Below, in pieces: positions 1-13,082 of a stretch of 64,000 bases of DNA. Made by a program: the position numbers and the translations under genes. The DNA lies in the NCBI GenBank assembly GCA_003427395.1, contig BFEA01000004.1, forward strand, positions 1,519,874 to 1,583,873. Reading direction: 5' to 3'. Each line of letters starts with the position of its first letter. Positions within the stretch are counted from its first letter, which is position 1. The notes under the pieces are model-generated. The model was not told the origin of the DNA. It did not search any database and saw only the letters and a list, made by a program, of their open reading frames with translations. Origin of the DNA: Chara braunii (taxonomy: Eukaryota; Plantae; Charophyceae).

Positions 1-3000
1 TGAGTCTGGGGTCTGGGTCTGAGGTCTGTAGGCCTAGATCATAGCCGAATTTGACATCGTATTCTGCTATTGTTCTCGTCTTCCCTGAGTTTCCCTGTTT
101 CCATATCCATTCTTTCGGGTCGAATTCTAGCTCTGAGATGCATAGATCCGGTCGGAAGATTTTCCAGGGTTTGGACTTTGATACCCTCACTTTTCTCAGT
201 CGGAAAGTCTCCAGCATCTCGCTCTGGGGGTCGTTGTTCTGGACTTCCATTTCATTTGTGCTATGTTTTACTACCNGGTAGGAGTAGAACTTGGATAGGT
301 AGCCGGGTGGGTTTGTTCTAGTGATGAATCTGTATGCTCTGGTAGGCTGGGTTTGGGAGACTGGTATGCCCCAGCCCCCGGACTTCCACAAAAATTCCTC
401 TCTAAGGCGGGGGATCCACTGTGTTGGGATGCTATTTTGGATCATTGTTAAGTTATCAGAGAGGGCGTGGCAGCCTTTTAGTGTGGTGCGTAGTTCCTGA
501 TCCGTCGCCCACCGTCCTTGGTCTTCTACCCAGATGTGCTTGACCTGCCACACTCCTTTTTCTACCCACGATAACCATCTTCGGTCCCGAGAGCGTAGGG
601 TCCAGGTTGTTCCACTTGGGTCAGTGATCCAGGGGTTGCAGAATAGCGGTTGTCTCAGGACTTCTTCTCTGTTACCAGGTGCCCCGTGTTTGCTTGGCAT
701 CATTTTGCGCCATGCTTTGATGGTGGGGCGCCAATATTTGTTGACTGTCTGCGTTGTGTTTGTGTTGGGTTGTGCAAGAATGTGCTGTGTGGGGTTTCTT
801 TTGCGTGTTCTGCCGGACTTGATTGTCCATTCCTTTGCCATAATCCAGAACAGGCCGTTCATGTTTGGGGGGGAGTTGATGGGAGCTAAGTTTCTGATGT
901 TGTCTAGCGCCATTTGGGTCCACGGGAGGAACTGTCTGGTGAGAATCTTGATTATCCATTTCATCTGTAGTGCTATGGATTCCTGTTTTGGGTCGATTAT
1001 CCCGAGGCCCCCTTCCTGTGGCTTCCTAGTGATGTGGCTCCATGTGACCCTGTTGATGCAGGTGGTCCTGTTAGGGTCACCTGTCCACAGATAGCACCTC
1101 ACCCTGTTCTTGAGCTCCTTGAGGTCGTCGTCCGGGGGGGACCAGATTGATGCCAAGTACCACAGTGTAGAGAAGATCGCTGTGTTGATAAGTAGTGCCC
1201 GTCCGATTAGTGAGGCCTGGGCGTTTTTGCACAGGGTCAGGCGGGTGATCGCTCTTGCTATCAGATTCTGGCCCATTCCCTGCCAAACTCCTTCCTTGTT
1301 GATCATGATGCCCAGGAACCGTAGTGCTTGCTCTCCCGTGGTCCAAGTCATGGGTGTGGTTGTGTCCGGAGGTTGGGGAGGGGTGCCGTCTGCTAACCAC
1401 CATCCTTCGGTTTGATTCCAATTGACCCTCATTTCTGATGCCAGTCTAAATGCTTCCATTGCCCTTACCAATGATTGGAAGGAACTGTTGTTTGCTCTAA
1501 TGAGTACCGTAAGGTCGTCAGCGAACATGAGTGCAGTGGGTAGGGCGAAGTCGTGTAGCGGGTTGAAGTTCCGTTCTGTGAGGCGGTCAATTGACGGGTC
1601 TTTGCGGAGAAATGAGGCTATGGCTTCCATTATGAAGAGAAAAATGGGGGGAGCCAGTGGGTCGCCTTGTCTGACTGACCATGAGATTGGGTAGGTTTCT
1701 GATAGGATTCTGTTGACCTGGACTCTTCCTGTTGCATCTGCATACAGGATTCTCACCCAAGTTCTGAAGTTCGGGCCTTACCCCATTTTTTCCATGCATG
1801 CGTGGAGAAAATCCCAGTTAACTTGGTCGTAGGCTTTTTCGAAGTCGAAGAACAGGATTGCTGCCTTCATTCGTTTCTCCGTGATCTTTTTTGCTGCTTC
1901 ATTCAGAGTCATCACGTTGTCCAATATGTAACAACCTGGGATGAAGCCTGCTTGATTTTGTTTGCAAGCGTCTTGGCTAGGATTTTGTATGGCGTGGTTA
2001 GTAGGGAGATAGGTCCGTAGTTTTTCAGGTCTTCTTTATCTCCCTTCTTGTACAGCATTGAGACTATGCTGGTGCTCAGTTCCTTACCTAGGCCTCCTTT
2101 GCGCATGCTTTCGTTGAAAAAGTCGAGTAGGTCCTCTCCCAGGGTCGGCCAGAAGGAGCTCCAAAATTCCTTTGAGAGGCCGTCGATGCCCGGGGCTTTG
2201 TCATTTCCCATCTGGTTCAAGGCTGTGTGCAGTTCGGCCAGGGTCAGTGGTCTATCCAGGCCTTCCGCCTGACTAGTCGAGATGGTTCTGTCGAGNTACG
2301 ATAGCATCAATTGGCGGGCTGCTAGGTTCGCTGTTGTCGGGGGTGAGGGGGTCTTGGCTTCGTATAGATCTGCGTAGAAGGATCTGGCTATCCCTACCAT
2401 CTCCGTGCCTGTTGTTTTTGTGCTTCCTGAGTCCAATGGGTCTTTGAGTGCCTCTATCATGCTGTTCCTGGCGTTCGCCTTGATCTTGGAGAAAAAGAAT
2501 TTTGTCATAGTCTCGTTGAGTGCATAGTCTGTCATCCTCGCCCGTATTTGTAAACCTCTGAGTTCCCATCTTCTCCATTCGTTTAGTTCCTCTTTGGTGT
2601 CGTCTAGTAGTTCTTGGTAGAAACTACTGGTTGGGTCCTCCGCCAGATTTTCTTCAGCGACGACCATCGCGAATTGGAGTTCATCCCTTCTTCTTTTACG
2701 GTCTCTAGCAATATCTCTTGATTCCGCTGANACTGNTCGTGTTAGTTCTGTGTANCTGTCAATGAACCATTGGTGGCTATTTGTTCTCCTCGATTCTCGC
2801 TGCTTNTTGATAGNCCAGTTTTCTNNGACTGTCGCNTTNATTCTTTCGGTTTTTAATAATGAGTTGTTAAGCTTGAAGAAGCCTTNGCCTGTTTGAACTG
2901 GCACATTGAAATTGAGCAGCATCTGGATGGGTTTGTGATCTAGTCCTTTAAAGGCTGCTGATGGGAGGATTTCGGCCTCTTTGACTGTTCCGAGTAAGCT

Positions 3001-3695
3001 CTCGGATATGAGGAAGTAGTCAATCCTGGACAGCGAAGTCCGGTTGGCTTGGTTTCTCCTTATCCGGGAGAAAATTCTCTTGTCTGGATGCAGTGACTTG
3101 AGGGGGTCGCAGAGTTCGAATTCAGTCATCAGGTTTCGAATCCGGGTGCCCGCTCTAGAGGGTCCCATTAGTACCGTTCTTGAGATCCGATCCAGGTTCG
3201 GGTCCAGGGTTGTGTTCCAGTCCCCTGCAATGATTATTGGCTGTGGGTTGGGGATGAGGGGTTTGATATTCTCAAAGAAAATCAGTCTGTCAGATTCCAT
3301 GTTGGGTGCGTACAGGTTGAGAATTCGCAGATCCTCACCTTGCCACTTGATGTCCAACCACGACCATCTCCCTTCCTCTCCATCTCCCTCGCTGTTAAGG
3401 ATCTGTCCTTCGGTCAGGATTTTCGACGTTTTTGGGATCAGTATCACTGTCCCTCTATTGCTTTGACCGTCTCTATTGGACCACATTGCGACTGCACATC
3501 CTCCTACAGCTCTCTCCATCCTCTGCTGTATTTTCGGGTGACTGTTCAGGTTGGTTAGATGTGTCTCTTGGAGGAGTATGAGGTCGGGTTTGGGGATGTC
3601 CTTCCCCACCAGACCTGTCCGGATATCTCTGAGCTTGTCTTCTTCAGACAGAATGTTCCCAAGACCATTGACGTTCCAGCTGATTATCTGAAGCC
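1..3695 (-). pseudogene. LINE ORF2 (APE endonuclease + reverse transcriptase), slightly disrupted
   Basis: Endonuclease motifs IISWNVNGLG (~3690), LQETH, NLYAPN, AGDWN, SRIDY, DHKP. RT motifs KAPGIDG, PISLL, FDFEKAYDQVNW (~1830), SVRQGDPLAP (~1660), MFADD (~1520). A frameshift/deletion lies near 1925 and an in-frame TAA near 1778. Confidence 0.92.
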
Positions 3696-4075
3696 CTTTA
3701 GCGTGCCAGTTTATTCTGGGTGGTCTGATCTGCCCGAGACGGCGCGGATTTCTCAGTCTGTACGGCCCCAGATTTTGCCACCACCTTAGTGTGCATTGAT
3801 CCTGTAGGCCCTGGATGCTTCCATAAAGAGATCCTGAGCCTTTGGATTGTGTGTGATCTGTGGCCGTTGTTAGTCCTGGAGGAGACTTTTGACTGTTTGA
3901 CTTCTGAGCCCAGTAGCGCCTGGCTGCTGACTTTCCTGGGGCTCACTTTTGATCTCTAGGGGCCCTGAGCACCACCTCCATTTGATCTCGACCCCAGGTC
4001 TCCCGACCTGAGGGCTTTCTGAGAGCTGTGTAGGCCCTTCCATTTACAGTCTGTTGAGCCCGGAAGTTCGATGTT
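1..4075 (-). mobile_element. L1/Tx1-like LINE (element A), running off the window start; 5' boundary approximate
   Basis: Minus-strand APE endonuclease followed by RT motifs (see ORF2 entry). LINE-like composition ends near 4075. Confidence 0.9.
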
Positions 4076-4865
4076 GATGTGACCCGAAAAGACGACCGGA
4101 AAAGACTTATTGCAAATTGCAATGCAATGCTGGTTTTAAATGGAGTTCCCCCCGCTTCCTCCCCTACTTCGCCTTCTCTCCCCATGCCTTTTATATGTCG
4201 TCCTCATGACCGGGTCAAGCGATCCGGTCCCTTCTCTGCCATGTGCAGTTCTGAATTTCTCATACTATTCTCACGACTCCCAGGCCAGGCAGGCAGCTAT
4301 ACATTGATGCCACACCATCCTCAATACAATGTGCTTTACTTGTGGCTCCTCTCTCACGCACCTTTTTTTTTTTTTTCTGATGGATAGAGAAGTCTTTGAT
4401 ACCGCAAAAATTGAAGCTGTGAAGCCGAATCGGCCAATGCTAAATGTTCGAAACACGTTTGAGAAATTTGAGGGAAAACAAAAAAATTGCATCCTTTTTT
4501 GGTCAAATTGGAGCTGTAGAAGTCTATTGGCTCGAAGAAAAGAAGATTGGAATCGTTCTCTAAAACTAGTTTATTGGTTTGTCTTTTCAAATTCCCTCAC
4601 AGTTAGGCATCGCTATCGTGAACGACTTCAAGAGCATAGAAGGAGACCGTAAACTTGGTCTACGGGTGAGTCCTCTCCAAAACTCTACCATGCATTTCAT
4701 CAGCTATGGAGCTCCTCCAGCATTGCTCCTTTCCCCCAAATCCCTTCTCTGGAGTGCATTCGATGATGCTGTTGTTTCAGATGTTTTTTGGGTGAATTTG
4801 AAAGAAGAACAGTGAACGTGGAGCTTTGGCAGTGAGCTTGGATTTTGATTTTCTTTCTCATTCAG

Positions 4866-4920
4866 GAAGAAGAAGAAGAAGAAGAAGAAGAAGAAGAAGA
4901 AGAAGAAGAAGAAGAAGAAG
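4866..4920. repeat. (GAA)n microsatellite
   Basis: Perfect GAA run. Confidence 0.98.
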
Positions 4921-5318
4921 ATTTGTTTTCATCGAAATTGCTCATTGTTCATGTTCTGAAAAAGGCATCCTGAAATGCGGGAGATTGCTGCGTCAAAGTA
5001 GTAATTAGGATAGAGTCGAGACTCTAAAGTCTACCTCCTTTCCAAATTCTCTTCATCCTTCCCTCGGGGTATTTCTTGAATTTTGGTCCCTCGCATGTAT
5101 TTAGCGTTGGATAGAGTCTAAAGACTAATTAATAATTTGTTAAATTTGTTGAATTATTATCCATCTGATGATGAGCAGTTGGCAGTTGTATTGCTGCCAT
5201 ACATGCGGTGCACTTCTGCGGTGCGCGTGCGCCATGTGCCATGCGCAAATTAGTGATGTGCCGATCGTGCGCCCAATGTTTTTTTTTTTTTAATATTATT
5301 TTTAGGTGTGTGTGTGTG

Positions 5319-5319
5319 T

Positions 5320-5397
<78 letters not shown>
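5319..5397. repeat. (CA)n(GA)n compound microsatellite
   Basis: Direct observation. Confidence 0.97.
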
Positions 5398-5398
<1 letters not shown>

Positions 5399-5521
5399 AA
5401 CGGATCCCCTTCACACATATCAGAGGGCCCATGCACTCAATCTGAAGGGTCCTCGCAGCAATTCAGCGCGGACCCTCCTCCAAAATCAAGGCAGGCAGTG
5501 CATATGAAGTGAAGCTTGAGC

Positions 5522-5840
5522 TGGCTGAATATATACTCAGGATTCGAATTCAGGTCTGTGTTTGAGCAGTTATGGGTTGCTCACTTAGGTAGGCCCTGTT
5601 GGTCTCTGCACGTGATTCTCAGGGCTTGGCTGCACTACTCACCAAATGTGCAAACCTAGAATGAATCTTCTGCTAGAAGTGGAATAATACGCCGCCATAT
5701 GTTTTGTCTTTTCTGCATGTGGTGAGAGGGCCACAGCACATATTCCTAAGAAAAAGAACAAAGAAAAAACACAGAATTAGTGACCCATAACCGCTGATGC
5801 ACAGACCTGAATTCGAATCCAGACTATATATTCTCGGCCC
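5522..5840. repeat. Inverted pair of tRNA-derived SINE-like fragments (5522-5586 minus, 5776-5840 plus)
   Basis: ggattcgaattcaggtctgtg is the reverse complement of cacagacctgaattcgaatcc. Both resemble the tRNA-like head at 62394-62456 (cccat..cagacctg..ttcgaatcc, B-box-like). Confidence 0.55.
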
Positions 5841-6154
5841 ACACTGTTCACTCATACAAAACTGGAAATTTTGTGCCTATCTCTGTGTCACAGTGGGTCC
5901 TTGCTAATGTGTTGCAGGGGCCCTTTGGAAAAGAGACTGGACACAATCAAGACATGCACACCCACACGTACGCACATGCACTCACAGTTTTGGGGTATGA
6001 CATGGCCCCAACTTTTTTCCCTCTTGCAGTTTGGTTTTTAAAGCGAGGGGCATGTTTGGCCACCCCACCCTGTCCTTTACGTTTTGTCTTTTTTTTGATG
6101 TGCCGCATCATGTGCATGCGCAGACCTTGCACACGGCATGTGCCACAAGTATGG

Positions 6155-6353
6155 TATATATATATCGTCACAAACAGATATATATATTTTGTGACGATAT
6201 ATATATATATATATATCGCCATTTATATACATATATATATATACATGGAGAACTGCCTGGTGAACCGTAGGCAGAGAGGGAGAAGAAGACAACAAATGAG
6301 GGGCTGTGACAGTGTTTCATCAGAGTGTCACTGACTCATCAGGAGGCTGAACG
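6155..6353 (-). mobile_element. Short (TA)n-anchored repeat with hammerhead-ribozyme-like core (Penelope-like terminal remnant), copy 1
   Basis: Minus strand 6342-6308 reads CTGATGA-GTCAG(tgacact)CTGAT-GAA-ACACTGT-C. Homologous to 14905-15032. The terminus is duplicated in inverted orientation (6155-6174 vs 6188-6207) among TA repeats. Confidence 0.55.
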
Positions 6354-6965
6354 CTGTACAGTCTGCAGAGTCCCCTAACCAATGAATGATACTATAAGCA
6401 GTGTTGCACACCCCGACGGTCGGCGCCCCTTGTCAGCACCTACCGGTCGGCGGTCGTGGGCACCCTGCAAAAAAAATAAAAATAAAAAAAATGATGGGAG
6501 TCCATAACCCCAATACCCACCCCCAACACTCCCATACACTCCCCCAACACCCCACCAACACCCCCGAAGCGTCCCCCAACAGCCTCATACCGCCCCCCAA
6601 TAAGGCCTACACCACCCCATACCCCCCCCCATACCCTCCCATACCCCCCCAATAAACCCCCCCTGACCCCCTGCCTATCCCCAAAAGTCATTCAGCGGAT
6701 TTGGGTTGTATTCAGCAAGCACAGCACAGCCCCCAACTCAGTCGGTTGGCAGGTATGCAACCCTGACTATAAGTGATAATCCATGCTGGGATATTTCTGT
6801 ACGGGCATGGGCTGCCCACACCTGCCAAGAATGCTGCCCGGCCACCCGGCGAGGCTGGTCACCTGGTCAGATCCTGGGCGGCCCCACCACCCAGGTTGAA
6901 CGGGACGTTTTGCACGCGATAGGCAGCCTCATGCCCCCATGCGTCGCCAGCTGCTGCCAGAAGAA

Positions 6966-7235
6966 ATGATAATGATGGTGATTGTGATAATGGAATGATG
7001 ATGATGATGATGGTGGCGATGAATCGCCGATGATGACGATGATGATGATGCCGGTGATGATGATAATGTTGATGATAATGATGATGATGATGACAATGAC
7101 AACGACGACGACGACGATGATGATGATGATGATGATCCGTCCATCCTACGGTCCTGCCTGAGTTGTGGTGTTATGATGAAGATGATGATGGTGGTAGTGG
7201 ATTGATGATGATGATGATGGCGATGATGATGATGT
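6966..7235. repeat. (GAT/GAC)n low-complexity trinucleotide tract
   Basis: Degenerate GAT/GAC runs. Confidence 0.9.
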
Positions 7236-8224
7236 TTCCTCCGTCGCCAGCCGCTCTTCCCCCAACCTCCCATCCCAACCCTCCCAACCAAATTTTGCTA
7301 ACCACTTAAAAGACATAAAAGACATAAAAGAGCCCGGATGCAGGCGGAAGTTGGTGGGCACAAAGATGGCCCACCACCTGAAAGAGAAAAGGGGCCGGGA
7401 TTTTTGCATGCCCAGGGTACCCCGGGCGGTCAGACGCCCAGGCGACCTGCGCAAGTGCCCGGTCGGTGCCCCTGGCAACCTAGTGTTTTTGCGGATTGCA
7501 TTGCTGGTCTCTGCTTGCTCAGACCTCTCTGACATAAACTCACTCTTCATGATTGTGTTTCTTTTCATTGTATACTTTTCTCCTGTTTTCTTTTTGTATC
7601 AATTTCTGCATTTGTAAAATCGTATGGATCATGAAAATGTGCCTCATCCATCAGTCCCTGCCTGTGGAGTTCGGAGTGGACACCGCAAAGTGGATTTGTG
7701 TGGGCTCAATCGACATAACACAGCTCTCAGTTGCAGGTGAGCACTTTCTAATTTTCTCTCCTAATCTCTCCTCCTCCTCCTCCTCCTCCTCTTCTTCTTT
7801 TTCTTCTTGTGGATATCTCTAACATTACTATATATTCATCTGACTTGATTGAGATTCGACCTCATGATCTGTTCACTAGCAGTTACATGTGTGTACCTTT
7901 CAGCCACATGGCCCAGGTACTCCTACATGGTCGTCATCATTACAGTCATTCCAAAAAGCTCTTTTGTTTATCGTAGTTTTCTTCTTTTTATTTTCCCTTG
8001 AGAAAGGTTCTTTTAGTTTTCCCCTCTGACCCCTTACTCACTTCTCCCCCCCCCCCNNNNNNNNNNNNNNNNNNNNNNNNNNNNNNNNNNNNNNNNNNNN
8101 NNNNNNNNNNNNNNNNNNNNNNNNNNNNNNNNNNNNNNNNNNNNNNNNNNNNNNNNNNNNNNNNNNNNNNNNNNNNNNNNNNNNNNNNNNNNNNNNNNNN
8201 NNNNNNNNNNNNNNNNNNNNNNNN

Positions 8225-8305
<81 letters not shown>
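8225..8305. repeat. (CT)n microsatellite next to an assembly gap
   Basis: Direct observation. Confidence 0.97.
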
Positions 8306-8309
<4 letters not shown>

Positions 8310-10337
8310 GTTTTCTTTTGAATGGTTCACAATGGACACTGCTTCAACTTCCCAGAACAGCAGCAGCTTGTGCATGTTGTTATAGAATATCAGAAAGATT
8401 TACGCCGAATCTGTCCCTGGTTTTGTACCCTGTGAGTGATCGGGGGAGTCAGGCTGTCGTTTTGATTCGAACTCTTTCGTTCGTCTTTTCTTCCTCCTTT
8501 TTTCTTCTCCTCCGTGTAGAACTTTTTGGGCTCAAGTGCTGTTTTTTTTTGTTTTTTTTTTTTTTTCCCAAGCACAATGCGAGGACTGAGCCCTCACAGG
8601 GCCCCGACAGACATGCAAGTGTTCTAGGCTGTGGGGCCCCAGCAGGCATTGTGCCCGCCCTAAGTGAAGGCGGGCCTGAATATCCACCAGAGGCCTGTTT
8701 ACGACATTTTCCATATGTGGGTACTCAGGCAGTTGCAGCACGCCAGTTGGTTACAGGGAAACGTGAGCCTCCAGGCTCTTTCCAGCAACAAGGGCTGCAA
8801 TGTACAGTTCAGCTCAGGGCCGGGTGGTTGCGCCCTGGCCACACGCAGTGTGAGGCCGACACATCACGCAGCGGCCACGGACAAATGAGAAAGCGGCATT
8901 GTCATCACACAGTCTCTGCGAGCCAATGAGAATGCGGCCAACACTTGAAGCCTAGACGGCTACCTGTAGGTGCCCAACCAAAAAGGGCCCAGGCCCTTAG
9001 CTGTAGAAGTGGGCATGGGTGCAGACACTGGCGCCCGACTGGAAGCTACTGGCCCCAGCCAGGCCCATGCAGACACAGCAGGGGCTGCACTTTCCATAAA
9101 GGAAAGAGGCCAGCCCAGGGGAGGGCATTCTGGCCTAGGCAGGCAATGTGGACACGCTGCTGCGTTGCTGCGCAAGTGTGTGCATGGGCGCTGCTGGTCG
9201 GACGCGCGCACGGGCGCAGTGGTGAGGGGGGCCCTGCTGAGGCAGCGGGCACACAGCAGCCATAGCCGGGCAGCTGGGGCGCAGGGCAGGTGATGCAGTG
9301 GTCTTCGGGTAGGAGGCACATGGAATGATGCAATTTTTTGTTAAAAAGACCTTCAGGTTTTCTTATAAATAGCATTCAAAAAACGCTGAAATTTTGGGTC
9401 TCCTGTTTTTATTTTTGTTTTCGTTTTTTTTTTTGTGTGTGGTTTGTTAATATGGTGTGCACTCTATGGAATGGTGCAATTTTTGGTTAAAAAGGCCTTC
9501 GGGTTTTCTTATAAATAGCATTAAAAAAAATGCTAAAATTTTGGGTCTCCGTTAACCACCTCTCGTCGCATGTAGAGGAGATCCAAGGGGTGACGAGGGG
9601 AGGAGAGAGAATGTACCTGGTGTATGCTGGTGGTCGGCATTGGTGTTAACGTCACGTACATTGGTCTTCTACTTCAGAGTGACCCAGTTGCAAGAACGTA
9701 GATAGGCTAGTTAAGCTGAGTAGGATTGGCTGGGCGCTGCTGGGCGGCAGACAGCAAGTCCGACATCGGATACAGTGTTGGTGTGACCAGAGGAGAGTGG
9801 CGACATCGACACCTGATTTCGTTGTATTGCTGTCATTTGGACGGCATCCCCGTGCATTGTACTCTCTGCTTGGTTCATGACTATCTGAGCTTCTTCGTGA
9901 TTTCGTAACTTGGTTTTCTGTCTATCGCCGCACTTGCTCATATTCTTTGCAACAAGATGCAAAGCCCCGTCTGTTCTCGGGGGTGGCAGTCCGGTTGCTC
10001 ATCACCGGCAAGCAGAAAGTGATAGGAAAATCGCGAAGAAAAGGTTTTGGAGGGTATCATTGGTGCCCCTAGGGCACCAACGCTGCGGCAGGTGCTGTCT
10101 TGCCATATAGCGGAATGCATTATGATTATAGCTCTGTCAGGTTCTCTATTCTCTCTCTCAGTTATAAGTTAAAATTTTATTAGAATGAGATGATAGAACA
10201 ATCCGCCCCACACATGAAACATAGAAAGCGGAATGGTATAGTAGATAACAAATGTACAATTTACAAAATGTTATACATCAATGACAGAGGTATATGTTTT
10301 GTCATTACCCGATAACAAGTCGGTAGCTTTTGTAGTT

Positions 10338-10450
10338 GTCCTTCAGGACATGCGTTAAAATTTGAACGGTGCAGACAAGAGAAGATTAGCATTGCCGCTG
10401 CGCAAGGATGACATGCATAGATCGAGGAGTGTAGTAGTGTACCAAATTTA
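10338..10450 (+). pseudogene. U6: U6 snRNA-derived copy 1 (near full length, A-rich tail)
   Basis: gtccttcaggacatgcgttaaaatttgaacggtgcagacaagagaagattagcattgccgctgcgcaaggatgacatgcatagatcgag...accaaattt aligns to plant U6. The ACAGAGA box is disrupted by an insertion. An A-rich tract follows. Confidence 0.9.
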
Positions 10451-10652
10451 AAAAAAGAAGAAGAAGAAGAGAAAAAAAAAAGAGATGAAAACAAAACACT
10501 AGAAAATGCAGGAATTGACAAATTTCTTGAAAAAAATAAAAAAATACTGTTTAGCATATGCAGTCTTAATCTGCCTGCTCAATGACACAAGAGATGTATT
10601 GATAAATTAATAACAAGAATTTGTTTTTTTTTATTTTTTCTTTGTTTTGTGT

Positions 10653-10740
10653 GCACCATTTCTCGATTTATGAGTGTCATCCTTGCGTAGGGGCCACGCT
10701 ATCTTCTCAGAATCGTTCCAATTTTTTTAAACGAATGTCC
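10653..10740 (-). pseudogene. U6: U6 snRNA-derived copy 2 (5'-clipped, A-rich tail)
   Basis: Reverse complement reads ggacattcgtttaaaaaaattggaacgattctgagaagatagcgtggcccctacgcaaggatgacactcataaatcgagaaatggt, matching U6. ACAGAGA is mutated to TCTGAGA. Confidence 0.92.
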
Positions 10741-10779
10741 ATTTTTTAACCTTTTTTTTCCTTTGCGAGGAGTTGTTGT

Positions 10780-10866
10780 TGAGGAGGAGGAGGAGGAGGA
10801 GGATTAAAGAGGAGGAGAAGGAGGATAAAGAGGAGGAGGAGGAGGAGGAGGAGGAGGAGGAGGAGG
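10780..10866. repeat. (GAG)n tract
   Basis: Direct observation. Confidence 0.9.
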
Positions 10867-10919
10867 TGGAAGAAGAGGGCAGTTTGCAATAAAAGTAAAC
10901 AAAATTTAACAAATACGAT

Positions 10920-11215
10920 GTGTTGTCTTGCATCCTCCCTTCAATCGCCGGGCTTCTTCGCACTATTCTCGACAACCCACAATTTTGTCGACCCATCCCT
11001 CTACTAATGATGCAGCCAGTCGATAAAGAGGATTGTATGTCCCTCACAACCACCTCGCCCCCAATGATCGAAGTCGCCAAGCTGCTCTCCCATGCAATAT
11101 CAAGCAGCTGCCGTGAGTAATAACACCGGTCCAAACAATGATGGCCTTCAGAAGCACTGCTATGTCTCTCTCCAAACATGGCGATGCCACCTGGTTAAAG
11201 TCCAGGACCGGCGAG
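10920..11215 (-). mobile_element. Highly decayed LINE endonuclease remnant
   Basis: Minus strand reads LDFNQVASPCLER (GDFN..LDR-like) and a downstream GLSRI-like segment. Weak evidence. Confidence 0.3.
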
Positions 11216-11403
11216 CTTCTCTCTCTGGGTACAGAGCTTTTGTTTTTTTTTCTGTTGTCTGGTGACTCGACTCTGTTCCAAGAATGGATTTTTTCAACGA
11301 ATCATTTGAAAGCAACAACGAGAAATTGTTTGTCTGGCAAACTTTGTTTGTTTGTTGTTTGTTTGATTAACTTTGTTTGTCTCTGTGTCTTTTGTCTTTT
11401 ATC

Positions 11404-11404
<1 letters not shown>

Positions 11405-11488
<84 letters not shown>
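11405..11488. repeat. (GT)n microsatellite
   Basis: Direct observation. Confidence 0.98.
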
Positions 11489-11491
<3 letters not shown>

Positions 11492-12318
11492 CTTATCTCT
11501 ACTTTGCTGCCGATGCAAAGATTTATGCAGCTGTTCTTCTGGGTCTCATTTTGCCACAGATGTTCTTTCAGGTCTTCCACTGCACCTATTTCAGTATTTC
11601 ACTACTTTCAGTATTTTACTATTTAAAAAAAAAAAAAAAATCCATTTGAAGCTGGGCCACGTTCCCAGTTTCCTGCTGCCAAAAATTCACCCATGTGGCT
11701 AACCATAACTGTCCGGCTTCTGTTTTTTTATCTTTTTTTCCCCCCAGCTTATCAGTAATTGCACTTTTATTGCTGACACCATGCACAGTCACCTCAGGTC
11801 AGGTACTTCAGTGAAAATGTTGCAAAACCATTGGCTTGATTCCTGCTCTTAATTTTCAATTTTCATCAATTGTGATGAATGTGTAGTCTCTTTTTTCTGT
11901 TTTTTTTCTTTTTCCCTTCCAATAATGTACAGCAGCTGCCATCTCTCTTTCCAATTATGATTGCAGCAATATTGAGCTGTTGGGGGGCGACATCCTAAGT
12001 TATGCAGCTACCGCTCGGCAAACTGGTCACCCTCCCCCTCACACTTTCTTGAATGTAAGGCCATACTCTCACCCTCACTCTTTCGTGAATGTATCTGACT
12101 GCGATTTCGGCCAGACCTGCATGCATCTGACCATAATCTCATCCAGTTTCTCAGTCGAACGAGTCGTAGTTTGAGCATGCCCTAACTTGTTTCTCTGGGT
12201 CTTTGTCTCCAATTTCTGTAGGCTAAGTATTTTCTGCCGGACCCTGTCGCAAATGACGTCAAATACCAGGTAAGCACCCCCCGCGCCCCCCACACCACCA
12301 CCACCACCCACCGCCCCC

Positions 12319-12349
<31 letters not shown>

Positions 12350-12669
12350 ATTTTTGGCTTTGTTTCTCTTCCCTGGGTTTGTGACCCTGTCAAAAAAAAA
12401 GACCATGAAGGAATATGCAAACAATGTCTGAACGAATACGTCTTCTCAAAAATTTTGAACTTTTTTGAAGTGTTTTGTGAATTTTTTCCTAAACTTTTTT
12501 GTGAAGTTTTTTTTGAAGTTTTTTGTGAAGTTTTCTGTGAAGTTTTTTCCCATTTACTTGGGAATGCAAAGGAGGGAACAAAGCAGCTTTATGATCAGCT
12601 GCTGTCTTTGTTTCGGCGTTCCTTTTTCTTCTAAAGCGAAGGTATATTCTTCTCTCGAATTCACGACCT

Positions 12670-13075
12670 AGTACCTACTAATCGTATACAGGGGACCCCT
12701 GCAAAGCAGAGCTACCTCGCCCAACGAAGGGGGTGCATGTCCCCCCGCACGCTAATCGGCAGCTGTCAGGGACTAGGGTATGGTCAGGGACTACCGTCTT
12801 CACCCGAATACAACGCCCTGTCATTATTGCTGCATCTGGACTGAAAAATGCCCGACCGAAATACAGCGATAATGACCAGGCCTTATATTCGGGTGAAGAC
12901 GGTAGGGTGGGGTTGTGGGTTGTGGGTGGGGAGGGGAGCCACTAACACGAACACTGCGCCTGCCATCTACTTCTCGTGCCCCCTCCCATCGAGTACCAGC
13001 TGTGTCTAAGGCCAAGACGCACCCTCTACACACACAACCCGCACACGCGCACACAGACACACACATGTGCCTTAG
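12670..13075 (-). mobile_element. LINE ORF2 C-terminal fragment, related to element C
   Basis: 12795-12905 (gtcttcacccga..tcattattgctgcatctggactgaaa..attcgggtgaaga) is near-identical to 48872-48972. 12685-12760 resembles 16640-16710. Confidence 0.7.
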
Positions 13076-13082
13076 GGGCTGG

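Noticed and set aside
6399-7482. Possible hAT-like element (CAGTGTTGC..GGCAACCTA)
   Set aside because: The TIR match is weak and there is no 8-bp TSD.
9600-10110. Possible Ty3/Gypsy integrase C-terminal remnant on minus
   Set aside because: The resemblance is too faint to support without a search.
10200-10337. USE/TATA promoter for U6 copy 1 (cccacacatg near 10207)
   Set aside because: Spacing is far from the plant Pol III arrangement, there is no clear TATA, and the U6 core is mutated.
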